Shown here piece after piece: positions 1 to 12,701 of a stretch of 64,000 bases of DNA. Position 1 is the stretch's first letter. Every line of letters starts with the position of its first letter. The notes beneath the pieces were generated by a model, which was given only the letters and a program-made list of their open reading frames with translations, was not told the DNA's origin and made no database searches. The position numbers and the translations under genes are program-made. This stretch comes from Octopus vulgaris. Its lineage: Eukaryota. Location: assembly GCA_951406725.2 (NCBI GenBank), contig OX597828.1, positions 22,940,001-23,004,000 of the forward strand, given 5' to 3'.

Positions 1-18
1 TATATATATATATAAATT

Positions 19-61
<43 letters not shown>
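1..61. repeat. (TA)n microsatellite
   Basis: Near-pure TA dinucleotide run at the window start. Confidence 0.95.
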
Positions 62-69
<8 letters not shown>

Positions 70-2249
70 TGGTTTGTAACCAAATAATCAACAACTATTT
101 CAATGTGTAGGGCATTCATAAAACCATTAAATGACAGAAGTTTTATTAATTATTCCTCTTCGTTTTGACACAGTGTTACTTTTTGTTTGCAGAAATCTTC
201 ATTTCCTGACACTAACTCTATCTCTTTTTGCTCTTTCACCCCAGGCGCTTATTTTCGTTTTCTTCTTTTTTTTCCCCATTTTCTTTTCCCACAAGATGTG
301 TTTCATCAATTGTATATTCAGTCATCTTCTTTTTTTTCTTGTTTTTTTTTTCTTTTCCAATCTAGTTGCGATATTTTCTACGTGGCTGTAAATTAAATAT
401 TGATTTGCTTTTCTTTTTTTAAAGAGTGAAGGACCTAAATTATTCATTTGTTTGTTTACAACTGTTAAAGGCGAGATATTAAATTAATTATATGGTTACA
501 TTCAGGAAAGGAAGTATTATTCAGTGAAGAACTGTATTAAGGGCTTTAGTACTGATATAAATAGTAGCTAAATAGTATTGTCCCTTTGTTTTACGGATAT
601 TAAAAGATGTATTAAGAGTTTTATTATTATCTGTTAACAGATTTATAGTGTAAAAACAAAGAGAGTAAGTACGTTTGTAGTAATTAATTGAAAAGCTTTT
701 ACAAACGGTGTCCCACAGGAACTATATATCGCACGAGACACAAAATAAAGATTAACACCATAAGAGGTCTTTGAGTACTTTCGAGGTCATTTCTCTTTTG
801 TAATGATTTCAATCAAAATTTCCAATACCTTTCTGCTCCGATCGTCTTTTTTCCTCGTTAACATACATTTAAGGATGCTGAGCGTCGCTAGAATTAACGT
901 TTTTTTTCTATATGAGCCTAAAAGTTGATGAGGGATGCCTTCTCTTCCGCCTCCTCATTCCCTTCCCCTTCCCACACTCTTCCCCCTCTAATTGATTAAA
1001 AAATATACAGAAGCAAACTCATAAACATTAACAAAAAGAGCATTTAACAAAAGTTGTTCAAATTAATATAGGACTTATTATATGTTATAGATATTGTTTG
1101 GTAATCATTCTCTTTCAAGGAACGATTGAGCAAAGTTTACTAGTAAAGTCATCCGTTCTAAAGACATCAGCCAGATTACGTCCAGCATAGATAATCACAA
1201 CAACATAATCATTGTTAATATTAGCTTGTACACTTTTCTCCACAACATATAAGTCTTATTAAATAAAAGCATGCCTACCATTATTAAAATTATGTATGAT
1301 GTCACTAACATAGTTATAACAAAACCAAGAAGAGATGATTTAATCTCAAATTGGCTTCGTATTGCAATCCTGGGTTTTCATCTCAACTTCGATCACTTCA
1401 TCAGGATACAATAAACCATTCAAAACACATAACTGAACAGTCATCAGAATACGTTGACAGAATACTTAACGATATCACTTCCGTGTGTTGCACGCAAAGG
1501 TCAATTCACGCCAGTATAAAATTTGCTTTCATTCTTCCGGGATTGTTAAACGTAGAGCAAGTGGAAGATATATTTCTTTTCCTTTTATATTTGGAGTAAA
1601 AACAAAGGGAAGTTTGTATGTAGTAAATCATGAAAAAGTCTTATATATCGCACATAATGCATAATAAAACGCCTAGATTAACTCCATAAGAGGTCTTTGC
1701 ATTCATTCAAGATTACTCTTTTGTAATCAGAATATACATTAAAAGAACGAATATTCACGCTTCTACCATAGATAAAGCTAAAAGATAGATAAGAAAAATT
1801 GTATGCCCGTTTCAGTGCTTGAGTATCCACCGTCATAAGCCTTTGGTCGCCATGGTTGATTTTATATAAGCCGTCTGCTTGGCTCCTGTTTATTTATTCA
1901 AATGAAATCGTCCCATGTATGACCATCCTATCGCATTTAGAAATACTAATTTTAAGGATTCTTTGTCCAATATGACTCTTTCGGATTTATAAGGTGAAAA
2001 GTAATTTATGTGATATTCAGTTGCTATTTGCAGCAAGTCCAAGAAACAGGTAGAAAGCTTCTTATTGGCTCGCATTGCTGCAGTTGTCGTTCTCCAACTA
2101 AAAGCAAGTATGGATTTATTGAGCTGTACAGAAGGAAAAGATTGATTCGTAGGACATAAGCTCCACCTGGTTTTACAGCACCGAATCTAAAAATCTTCTC
2201 TCATTTCATTTAGCAAATAAGCACAGTTAGTTTTTTTTATCCTCGACGT

Positions 2250-2497
2250 GCATCAGTCAGTAGACGACAGCTGTCCCGGGACACGCCTTGAAGAAATTTG
2301 TGTCGAATTAATCGATACCAGTACTTAATTTTGAAACCTGGGACTTACTCTGTCCCCGGTAAGTTAGGGATATAAGAACATCAACAAACTCAGATATACA
2401 CAAAGGCGCACACACACATACATACACAGAGACAGACATGCACACACGTATATCTATCTATCTATCTATGTATATATATATATAAAGTGAAAGATGC

Positions 2498-2569
<72 letters not shown>

Positions 2570-2748
2570 GTATCTTTCACTTTCCTTCTACCACATCTAA
2601 GAAATCAGCTCACAAGTGTTCGGTTCTTGCAGGGGTATGGTAGAAAACTCTTACCCATGACTCTTACCCAATTTGCCATCCAATGGGACTGAACTTAGAA
2701 ACATGTGGTTGGGAAGTAAGGTTCTTACTAAACATACAGGCCTGCGAC
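2250..2748 (-). mobile_element. Decayed SINE family B copy with internal microsatellite
   Basis: Colinear with intact copies (59601-60008): 'tcagtcagtagacgacagc', 'ctcacaagtgttcggt', 'atgggactgaacttagaaacatgtggttgggaagtaag'. Confidence 0.75.
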
Positions 2749-3468
2749 AATTTTTACGGGTACGTTATTCCCTACGTCGCTACGTTACGCACTATACATA
2801 TCACGTCCGAGCTTCTGAAAGTGCCTTTATGTAACTGGACACATCTTTTGGTAGTGTAACAAAATAATTCTCGGATTCTTAGAGAACTCACTTTACGTTC
2901 GGTATGTGTCAGGAACAGGACAGCTCGCTGAAGAATTAACCACGGGTTATTGTTCTTACCATAGAAGAAACTGGTGCATTACTGCAAAATGATACCGACT
3001 TATCCATGGAGGATGAATTTTGGCCTGTCATTCTCATAACGCTAGATAAACTGGAGTTAACAAGTGAGAGGCACAATTAGATTTGGTAATAGTGGTTTGG
3101 AAAATGGTAGAATTTAACTAAATCTGTTGTTTATTTCTTGCTTTTAAAGCTATATAGTTCAAGAGATAAGAGAAACGTCTTTTGATATAACAATCAAATA
3201 ATTTACAAGACAGAAAAGATAAAAATAATAAATAACGAAACTACACAAATTTAAAAATTAAAAACAAAACTGTGTTGTAATAAATAATATTTTTTTCAGA
3301 AAACAACTAAATAAATTATATCGTAATACATTTTTGGAAAACAAAATATTTCTATTTCTTTTCATACTTTATTTAATTTCTTTCTTCAAGTGTCTGTAAG
3401 TGCCCGTGGTATGTTTGTGTATGCGTATGCCCGTGTGTGTGTTTGTGTGTATGCGCATAGTGGTGAGA

Positions 3469-3516
<48 letters not shown>

Positions 3517-3799
3517 ATGTGTGCGCGCTTGTGGGTGTGTGTGTCCATTTTTTTCTATAATTTATGAATCTAATCAAACAGTCTCTGTCGTGTGAGAAAT
3601 ATTAATTGAAACACCATAATGATTAGAGCGAAGTTAGCTTTCATCTATCGACTAAAGATTCTAGCAGACATGATCTGCCAAACCAAACCAAGCAAATACT
3701 CCATTGAATAGGAAATTTTGTTATCAAACAAAAGAATTATATGTTACTCGGTTCTCTTTAGTGAAAACTAAAATAAAAAGGAAAAAAAAATTATTTCAG

Positions 3800-4800
3800 C
3801 TTTTGGCACCAGGCCAGTGATTTTTTTTTTTTAGGGGAGTGGGTAGTTTGATTCCATTTATGGCAGTGCATCACTAGTACATCTTTTATCGATCATGAAA
3901 GAATAAAGAATAAAATGCAAAGTTGGACTCGGGGAGATTCGAAACCAGAATCTAAAGAGACAGCCATTCGGCAAATCTTCTTGTCCGATGTGCTAACAAT
4001 CTTATTACATCAGCGGCCTTCTTGAATTATCTAGTAGCTTGACCTTTGGCACAACGTAAGAGATTTTCTTAAGTGAGAAAGTAAGCAGATTTCATTGGCG
4101 GTACTTCTCTACAGATACATATTTTATTAACCTCCAAAAGTATGAAAGACAAAATCGATCATGGCGAAATTTGATCTTATAAATGAAGAGCTTCGAGTAA
4201 TGGCTTTAAGCAATTTTGCAGCCGCGCTTACGAAGTCTGTCTCATTCAAACTGGAGAAATAATCGTTTCAAATTTTGCCACAAGATTCCAAATACCTTTA
4301 GGACAGAGTGTTAGTTAATTCCATCGATATTCATGTTCACCTGGTAATTATTTTATCGACACTGAAACAGTGAAAGGTAGAGCTAACACCGGGGCAGTTT
4401 CTACTCTAAAATTGAATAAGTGGAAGAAACAGCGCTAAGCATTTTGGGCGACGCACTAACAATTCTTAACATTCGTCAAGTAATCATTTTATTGACACTG
4501 AAACGGTGAAATGTAGAGTTAACGCCGGGGCAATGTGATCTCAGAAATTAAAAAATTGGAAAACAACAGCGCTAAGCATTTTGTGCGACACGCTAAGAAT
4601 TCAGCGACCTTACCGCCTTTGTGAACAGGAAAATACAAAGAAGGATATAATAATGGTTTCTAATTTTGTCAAGGGACAGAGCCCTTTTAGCAGAAGGTGC
4701 AAGTTGATTACATGAACACCAATACTCGTTGGTAACATTTTATCAAGTTCAAAATGCGGTAAGGCGTCTCACAACTCAGGGAATTTGAACTCAGAACGCC
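3800..4800 (-). mobile_element. Array of about 5 decayed SINE family A copies in one orientation
   Basis: Recurring degenerate block 'ttttatcgac..tgaaagg..aaagt.gac..gg.aatttgaactcagaa..aagcatttt..gctaac' near 3880, 4120, 4350, 4490 and 4740. Confidence 0.75.
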
Positions 4801-5274
4801 GGTGTGATAAAACCGGTATAATGCACGAACGTAAATTTATTCCTGTAGATTACGACACAGAGATGGAAATTAAGCGTCATATTTTTAGAAATTAGAAACA
4901 TCTCGAGCGCAGGAGAATAGCTATGAACACTACTTGAGAAAGACGAGTAAACATTCCACAGTAGACGGAAAAGCAGGTTCCAGCAGTCCCTACAAAGAAA
5001 CACATTCAGTTCCTCTCACAATCCGGATTAGTGTCAGTACCATTAGGCTAAACAATTGTGCCATCTTTCATAAGCATAAATATTAGCTTTTTTGGAACGG
5101 GACAACACTTGTTTTTACAAACCAAGACTGCTGGCTACTTTTAGCGTCTATAGTGGTATTTTCACCCGAATTTTTAAAGTCGTTTCATGCCTATTTTCCT
5201 CCATTAGAGGTCTTTCAAATTTCTCAGTATACATTCATCCATGCATAAGTTAGTCCATCCATACACCTCCCAAC

Positions 5275-5314
<40 letters not shown>

Positions 5315-5789
5315 ACAGATATTGGAAAAAGAGAAATATTACGAGCAGAATCTTACTTGAACTTCCCTACATCAATGTACCTGTCTTTGGGTCAATATAT
5401 CTATGTCACTATATACATATGTGGGTGTATGCGTGCGTAAGCACGTGTGTTGTGTGGGTGTGCGCGTGTGTGTGAGAATCTCTCTGTGTGTCTGTATGTA
5501 ATATATATATATGCATGCATCGAAGCTAATATAATTAGCGACCTTCTGAACGAAATTTAGCAGATGTTCACTGCCAGTGCGTTCTCCTTTGAGAAATCTT
5601 CAAAACGCGCAATGAAGAAAAATATCTGCATTTCTTCAACTTCACTCTGTCAAAATAAATGGTTTCTAATTAGCGGCCATTTCTTTCAAAACATTCGTCT
5701 TGTTGTTTTAACTTGGGGTTTCAAATATACATATTTATCTTTATTAAATATCTAACCATCTCCTATTTATCTCACCATCATTCTCAATA

Positions 5790-5800
5790 CATATATGTAT

Positions 5801-5886
<86 letters not shown>

Positions 5887-5927
5887 TATATATATATATT
5901 TACATGTATATATAATATATATATATT

Positions 5928-5972
<45 letters not shown>

Positions 5973-6001
5973 TATATAGACATATGTGTGTGCGTAATAT
6001 G

Positions 6002-6039
<38 letters not shown>

Positions 6040-6057
6040 CAAGCATGGATACAATAA

Positions 6058-6097
<40 letters not shown>

Positions 6098-6299
6098 ACA
6101 GACTTGCACGTCCATAGGAATGGTGTGTTATATGATATTTCTAAATATATAATAAGTCATCCAACAGCAACATGGCCGAGAAAACACAGGGAATGAGTTG
6201 GTTCTTATAGAGAAATGAATAATGATATATCACGTAGAGATGTGACAGAAGTGATATTACAAGGCACAGATTGTTCCAACCATACATGCATACAGAGAA

Positions 6300-6386
<87 letters not shown>

Positions 6387-6742
6387 ATCTGTGTACTTAT
6401 GTGTGCATGCATATACGTAAGTATGTATGTACTTACGTAAGTAATTGTGTATATATGTATAAATAATATATATATATATATATATCATTATATAGCTATC
6501 CCTCACTTCGGATGTATATAGATGCGATATGCCTGATGAAATTTACAAATTAACTTATTCATATTTATACAAGAAGCAATACAAATATGCACATAAGTAC
6601 ACAGATATGTATATATATATATATATATACATACATACATACATACATACATACCTACATACATACATATATCTGTCTCTCTCTCTCTCTTTATATATAT
6701 ATATATATATATGTCTCTCTCTCACTCACTCTCTCTCTCTCT

Positions 6743-6822
<80 letters not shown>

Positions 6823-7480
6823 CATATATAGATTGATACATACATACATACAAACATACATTCAAACATACATACATATATTCACGTAAATTTACATATC
6901 TTTGTATAAATATATTTATATATATATATGTGCGTGTACGTGTGTGTGTATATGTGTGTGCGTTTGTGCGTGTGTCTGTACGTAGTCGTTTATTTTAGTG
7001 TATGTGGTGACTATTCTTTCGTCGTATATTTGCTCTATATATGACTGATATGTAAATATGTAAGATATTTGCTGGAACACACATGCCCACTAGTAAACGA
7101 ATGCCACACATAAACACACACACACACGCACACACACTCACACACACACACACACACACAAGCATATATGTATACTTGTGTGCAGACGTTCATATGCTGG
7201 TATTTGTATATGCATATATATTATATGTGTGTACATATATATATATATATACATGTACACACATACAGAGAGAGTGGGAGGGAGAAAGTGAGAGAAAGAA
7301 AGAGAGAGAGAGAAAGATGACAGATATGTAGATACATATATAGACAAATTTATATTCATATATATATATATATATTTATATATGTATTTGTACATGTCTA
7401 ACTTTTTGATCCTATATACACACTCACACCCATTTATGTATATATATATATATATATTTATGCATTCATATATATATATA
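5790..7480. repeat. Compound microsatellite field (TA, TG/CA, TATG, CT)
   Basis: Multiple adjacent dinucleotide and tetranucleotide runs; source of the YIYI/CVCV ORFs. Confidence 0.95.
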
Positions 7481-7576
7481 TATAGTTCGGACGTTCAGAG
7501 ATATATCAGACATCTGTTTCAAAAGATAATGATATTCCAATAGACATTCCATATACACTTACGTGTTCTCCAATGT

Positions 7577-7613
<37 letters not shown>

Positions 7614-7899
7614 AATGCGTCATTTTTAACCTGTGTACGTGTGTCAATGTATGTGTAAAGAAATGACTTATAGCGTTCTCTGATCTGCTAGTGATCCTTA
7701 AGGATCATCCTGCTCTCAGTTCAGTAGATCGCCGTGAAATACATATATCATTGAAGTATAAAGAGAGCCAGTTGTAATATATTGTTGTACCGGGCCAGCA
7801 ATGTGAACTGTTACTCTGCATCTCATGACTGATTGCATGATTGTTACTAGTTATGATTTAATATACGTCGGGCCTGAAAACACAACGGCCAACGAGATA

Positions 7900-7900
7900 G

Positions 7901-7952
<52 letters not shown>

Positions 7953-7965
7953 AATATATACATAC

Positions 7966-8041
<76 letters not shown>

Positions 8042-8117
8042 TATATATATTAATAAATATATACATTTATATATGTATATATTTATTGATATATACTTAT
8101 ATATTTATAAAAATGCG

Positions 8118-8168
<51 letters not shown>

Positions 8169-8194
8169 AGAGAGAGAGTGAGAGAAAGAGACAG

Positions 8195-8227
<33 letters not shown>

Positions 8228-8232
8228 TGCAT
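7900..8232. repeat. Compound (TA)n/(TG)n/(GA)n/(TATG)n microsatellite
   Basis: Direct reading. Confidence 0.95.
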
Positions 8233-9502
8233 AGTATTGGAATACAAATGTTATATGTTCATCTTCTGACACATGTTACTTCGGTCGTTGTTATTGTTGC
8301 TAACGTTGGAATTGATGCTTGTGCATACGTTTGCACTGATTGCACAGGATAACGCAAATGATCAAAGTCTCCTTGTATTTTATGTTTCGTTTTGCACAAT
8401 GCGCACAGACTACATCACTATATCATCAGAATATATATGTTTCAAGCCTGTCTATATTTGGTAAGTTGCGGGAGAACTTGGCTTCTAAATCCTGAAACCA
8501 CATACTGGTTGTCCCGTTTTTGTGTCATTGCTTTTGCTGTTATTATTGTTTTGTAGTCTTAGAATAATAAAATATGAAGGTAGCCAACTAAACATTTTGA
8601 TTTGATCGGGTATAATTACTTTTGCTTGAGTAATGCACACCAAAATTTTCTGTGAATTTGCAGCTTTTCTATGAAATTCTTGCTTCTAAGAATTACATGT
8701 GTATAAGAATTTGGATAAAATGCATCACTGTTGACATTGTGATTAAGACCGAATTTAATACAGTTTGTGCTGGATTTGTGAAGCAAATTGTTGCTACTCC
8801 GTTATTTCTGTTTAAACATAATACTATATAAATTAAGGTTCGCTTTCTCTTTCTCGCATTCAACATTATTTCTTTTTGATGCATAATTTCGAATGCTGAG
8901 GGAGGTTACAACCAGATGGTTTAAATACACATGTCACCGATATCCAAGTGGTTAAAATTTGTTAGGAGAAGGGGACATAGCAGTCAAGTCTGGCTCAACT
9001 CCCTTAAAATGCACGATGTTAAGGGCCAAAATACTTACCTTTAATGGTTTTCTTCTCTGAAGATCGTCTGATGTTCAGCTATCTTCATAGTTTCTTACCA
9101 TTGAACGATCTCCAACTTTATTTTAACGACTTTTCTGTTACATTTCGTCGAGGGTTGGCAACTCTGACTGGCAAGTTGTATAGCGAACTAGACTATCCTG
9201 TTCTCAACATAGAGGGGGAATGTATGCCTCTAACTTCGCTTAGCATAATAAAGATTTTAGTACACGCATGGATTTGAAAACTGTTCTATATTCTAGGTCA
9301 ACTTCTGATGATACATACTCTACATACCCATATCCATATATATATACATTTATACATACATACCTACATACATACATACTGGCATAAACTTATAATATAT
9401 ATACGCGCACACACACACTCACACACACGTATATATATATATATATGTGTGTGTGTGTATGTGTGTATATTTACAAGGTTAACCCTACAACCATCCTGTA
9501 TA

Positions 9503-9561
<59 letters not shown>

Positions 9562-10890
9562 TAGTATAGTCTGTGAATTTGCAGCTTTTCTATGAAATTC
9601 TTGCTTCCAAGAATTATATGTGTATATAAATAGCATTTAAAACAACCAGCATTAAAATACTTAGCATATCCTATTATACCGATTGTCGCTAATGGCATTT
9701 TCCTACAGAGAATATTACCATCATCATCGTCATCATAATCATCATCATCACTCACCATTGTCATCGTTTTCTAGTTATATTGGAAAGAAGGAAATAAGTC
9801 TCACGTTCTTCTAATTCTCTTTATTCCAAACATAGCCCGGGTACGTAGGAACACCGTTAGCATTTGAAGTTTCTTTCCATTTTTGTTTCATTCTGCAATT
9901 TAAAACATAAATAAAATAAATGAATGATATAGAGGCCATATTTTTGAAGGACTTTACACACTCAGCAGTTTTTCTCCACCGTCTTTTCTTCTCCGTTTTT
10001 GTTTTATTTTTGGGAAATGTCAAGCTACTTCGATATAAAATTGTCGTGTCTTAACGCTTAATACTTTTGAAGTTGGATAAAACAGATATGAATACATTTT
10101 GGAAACCATTTTAAAAATCAAACACGAATGCTGTTATATTCAATTCTGTTATATTTCCTGGCGGTTTTCAATACCATAGAGATCAAAAAGCGTCATCGTG
10201 TATCTGTAATTAGGTCACTGTCAAAGATGAGTGAATAAACAGCATATCTCTATTTTAAATGGGTAAACTGATTTTTTTTCCTTGATCTAAATTGTCAATT
10301 TGGATTCTCGAAATTGTTGAGTCGTGATAGCGTTGGATAAAACATCAAGCAGAATTTGTTCTGACGCTGTTTTAAGTTCAATTTTTGTTGGTGTCATTTT
10401 TGCCTTTCCTCATTTTGTGGGGTCGATTTTTGGTTTCTTGTAAAAAAAAGAGGGGGAAAGAACAGCGCTTACTAATGTACTGTATATATCGCTTTCAGAG
10501 TGAAAGGGTTTTTTGCGGAGGAACTTAAACTATGAAGAACCAGGAAGAATCTCACTCTCTCCAAACTGGTTCTTTGCTTGAATAGCGTTGGAAGCATAAA
10601 ATTTACCACGGTGGAATTTGAACTCAGTATACCATTAACACATACATATACCGTTACAGATTTCATTCTACAATTTTACAAATATTAGTCAAATCAGTAC
10701 TGTAGCCCTCAGTTTATGTGAATGGCAATACACATTTTTTGATTCAACGTGATATGAAATGAAAGTAATATAAGCCGTATTAAAAACCCCCATCAGAATT
10801 TTATCCGATATTTTTTTTATGAATATAACAATCACGAGCTACCATAATTATTAAGTTTACATTTAGTGTCTCGAAATAACACACTTTCGT

Positions 10891-11466
10891 AAGGCGGCGA
10901 GCTGGCAGAAACCTTAGCACGCCAGGCGAAATGCGTAGCCGTATTTCGTCTGCCATTACGTTCAAATTCTACCGAGGTCGACTTTGCCTTTCATCCCCTT
11001 CGGGGTCGATTAAATGAGTGCCAGTTACGCACTGGGGTCGATATAATCGACTTAATCCGTTTGTCTTTCCTTGTTTGTCCTCTCTGTGTTTAGCCCCTTG
11101 TGGGTAGTAAAGAAATAGGTATTGCGTCTGTCTTTAGGTTCTAAGTTCAAATTCCGCCGAGGTCGACTTTGCCGTTCATTCTTTCGGGGTCGATTAAATA
11201 AGTACCAGTTACGCACTGGGGTCGATGTAATCGGCTTTATCCGTTTGCCTGTCCTGTTTTGTCCTCTCTATGTTTAGTCCCTTGTGAGTAATAAAGAAAT
11301 AGGTATTTCGTCTGTCTTTACGTTCTGAGTTCAAATTTCGCCGAGGTCGACTTTAACTTTCATCTTTTCGGGGTCGATAAATTAAGTGCCAGCTGCGTAC
11401 TGAGGTCGATCTAATCGACTGGCCCCCTCGCCCGAAATTTTGGACCTTGTTTCTAGTATAGAAAAG
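10891..11466 (+). mobile_element. tRNA-derived SINE family A, internally triplicated, with 16-bp TSD
   Basis: Head 'aaggcggcgagctggcagaaaccttagc' (A-box-like), B-box-like 'gttcaaatt', body 'gaggtcgactttgcctttcatcc..ttcggggtcgat' present 3 times; flanks aataacacactttcgt (10875-10890) and aataatatacttttgt (11467-11482). Confidence 0.9.
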
Positions 11467-12493
11467 AATAATATACTTTTGTGAAATAACGATGGGATGA
11501 GAAGTATAGCACTTGACTCTGAGGTTAAATACATTCAGGCCTGTGTGTGCAGTAAAAATTAAAATTCTATGATTTATGATGGATTTTTGCATGGCGGCAA
11601 AAGTTTTAAATATTTTATGGAAATATAAATGAATGCATCTCGGAAGAGACCAGTAGATTGCATGTGTCGCTAAAAAAAATCATCAAATGAAGTTGTAAAC
11701 TTGGATTACTTCGTATGCGGTGGGGAAAGTTATCGTTGATCTTCCGGCTATAAGCATATTCCCCATTCTCTGCAAAATAAGAGGTCATAACCAGAAACAC
11801 CGACATTCACCTGATTTCAAGTTACACGTCAAGGTCACCCAACAGTTTCCCATATAATATCTGTCATCTCCGTTTTCTCACATAAAACTATTTGCTGACG
11901 CTACCATTTAATAATAGCGAACCCAAAACATCGTGTTTCGAAAAGAAATCCTTAACTATTCAACTGGCGGAAGTAATTAACCAGCACTATTAACAGAGCA
12001 ATGACACGGGTGTAAACTAAAAGAGCGAATATTGAAGGCGTCCGATCATTGAGCATACATATAAGGCAAATCTTGGGTTTGTCAATAACAAAACTACTTG
12101 GTCTTATCAATAAATATAGCAACGATTCTAAACATGACACAACTCACATAATGATATATGTATGAGAGTGGAGCCCGTCACTTTATTCAAATCGCTTTTA
12201 GTATATCGCTCGTTCCACGATTATCAGTTCTAATGATTAAGATGTGGATTAAATTTAGAAGTTGTGAGTTTAAATTTATTTCACTCACTCAAGCTGAGCA
12301 CTTGTCCTCTTGCATTATCTACACTCAAAAGAGGGAATTTGGAACCAAGTACTGAACTTCTGGGAGGAAATTACGTAAAGTGACAATAGCACTTAACGTT
12401 TGCTTAATTGTAACATCACCACCAAAAGGAAGAAAGCTAAAAGTGATCAAAGCAAGATTAAAAATTCATAAATAATACTGACATATCAAAATT

Positions 12494-12701
12494 ATTTCTG
12501 CTATAAGGAGAAAGCTGAAATTAAGGCGGATACTAGTCAACTACATCGACCCCAGCGCTTCACTAGTACTTTGTCTTGTGGACTCCGAAAGGATGAAAAG
12601 CTAAAAAGTTGACCTCAGCGGCATTTGAACTCTGAATGTCAAGAACCGGAAGAAATGCGGCTGAGCATTTTATTCGGCGTGGTAACGATTCTGCCAAGCT
12701 C
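12494..12701 (-). mobile_element. SINE family A copy (diverged)
   Basis: 'catcgaccccagcgc..ccgaaaggatgaaa..gacctcagcggcatttgaactc..gtaacgattctgcca'. Confidence 0.85.

Noticed and set aside
1367-1407. Minus-strand CTGATGA..GAAA within atcctg/caggat
   Set aside because: No NUH triplet and no convincing stem II
4900-5760. Possible Tc1/mariner transposase traces (plus-strand VDGKAGSSSP near 4965; minus-strand [14 protein letters not shown] near 5690)
   Set aside because: Short motifs on opposite strands, no DDE/D region or TIRs seen; needs tblastn to be supportable
7692-7707. 16-bp palindrome tgatccttaaggatca
   Set aside because: Isolated and short; one such palindrome in 64 kb of AT-rich DNA is not far from chance
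9033-9300. Minus-strand coding exon ending at AAG/GTAAGT
   Set aside because: All three upstream frames contain stops within about 80 nt; at most a non-coding exon
10891-10980. tRNA gene
   Set aside because: A/B-box-like motifs belong to SINE heads; no complete cloverleaf
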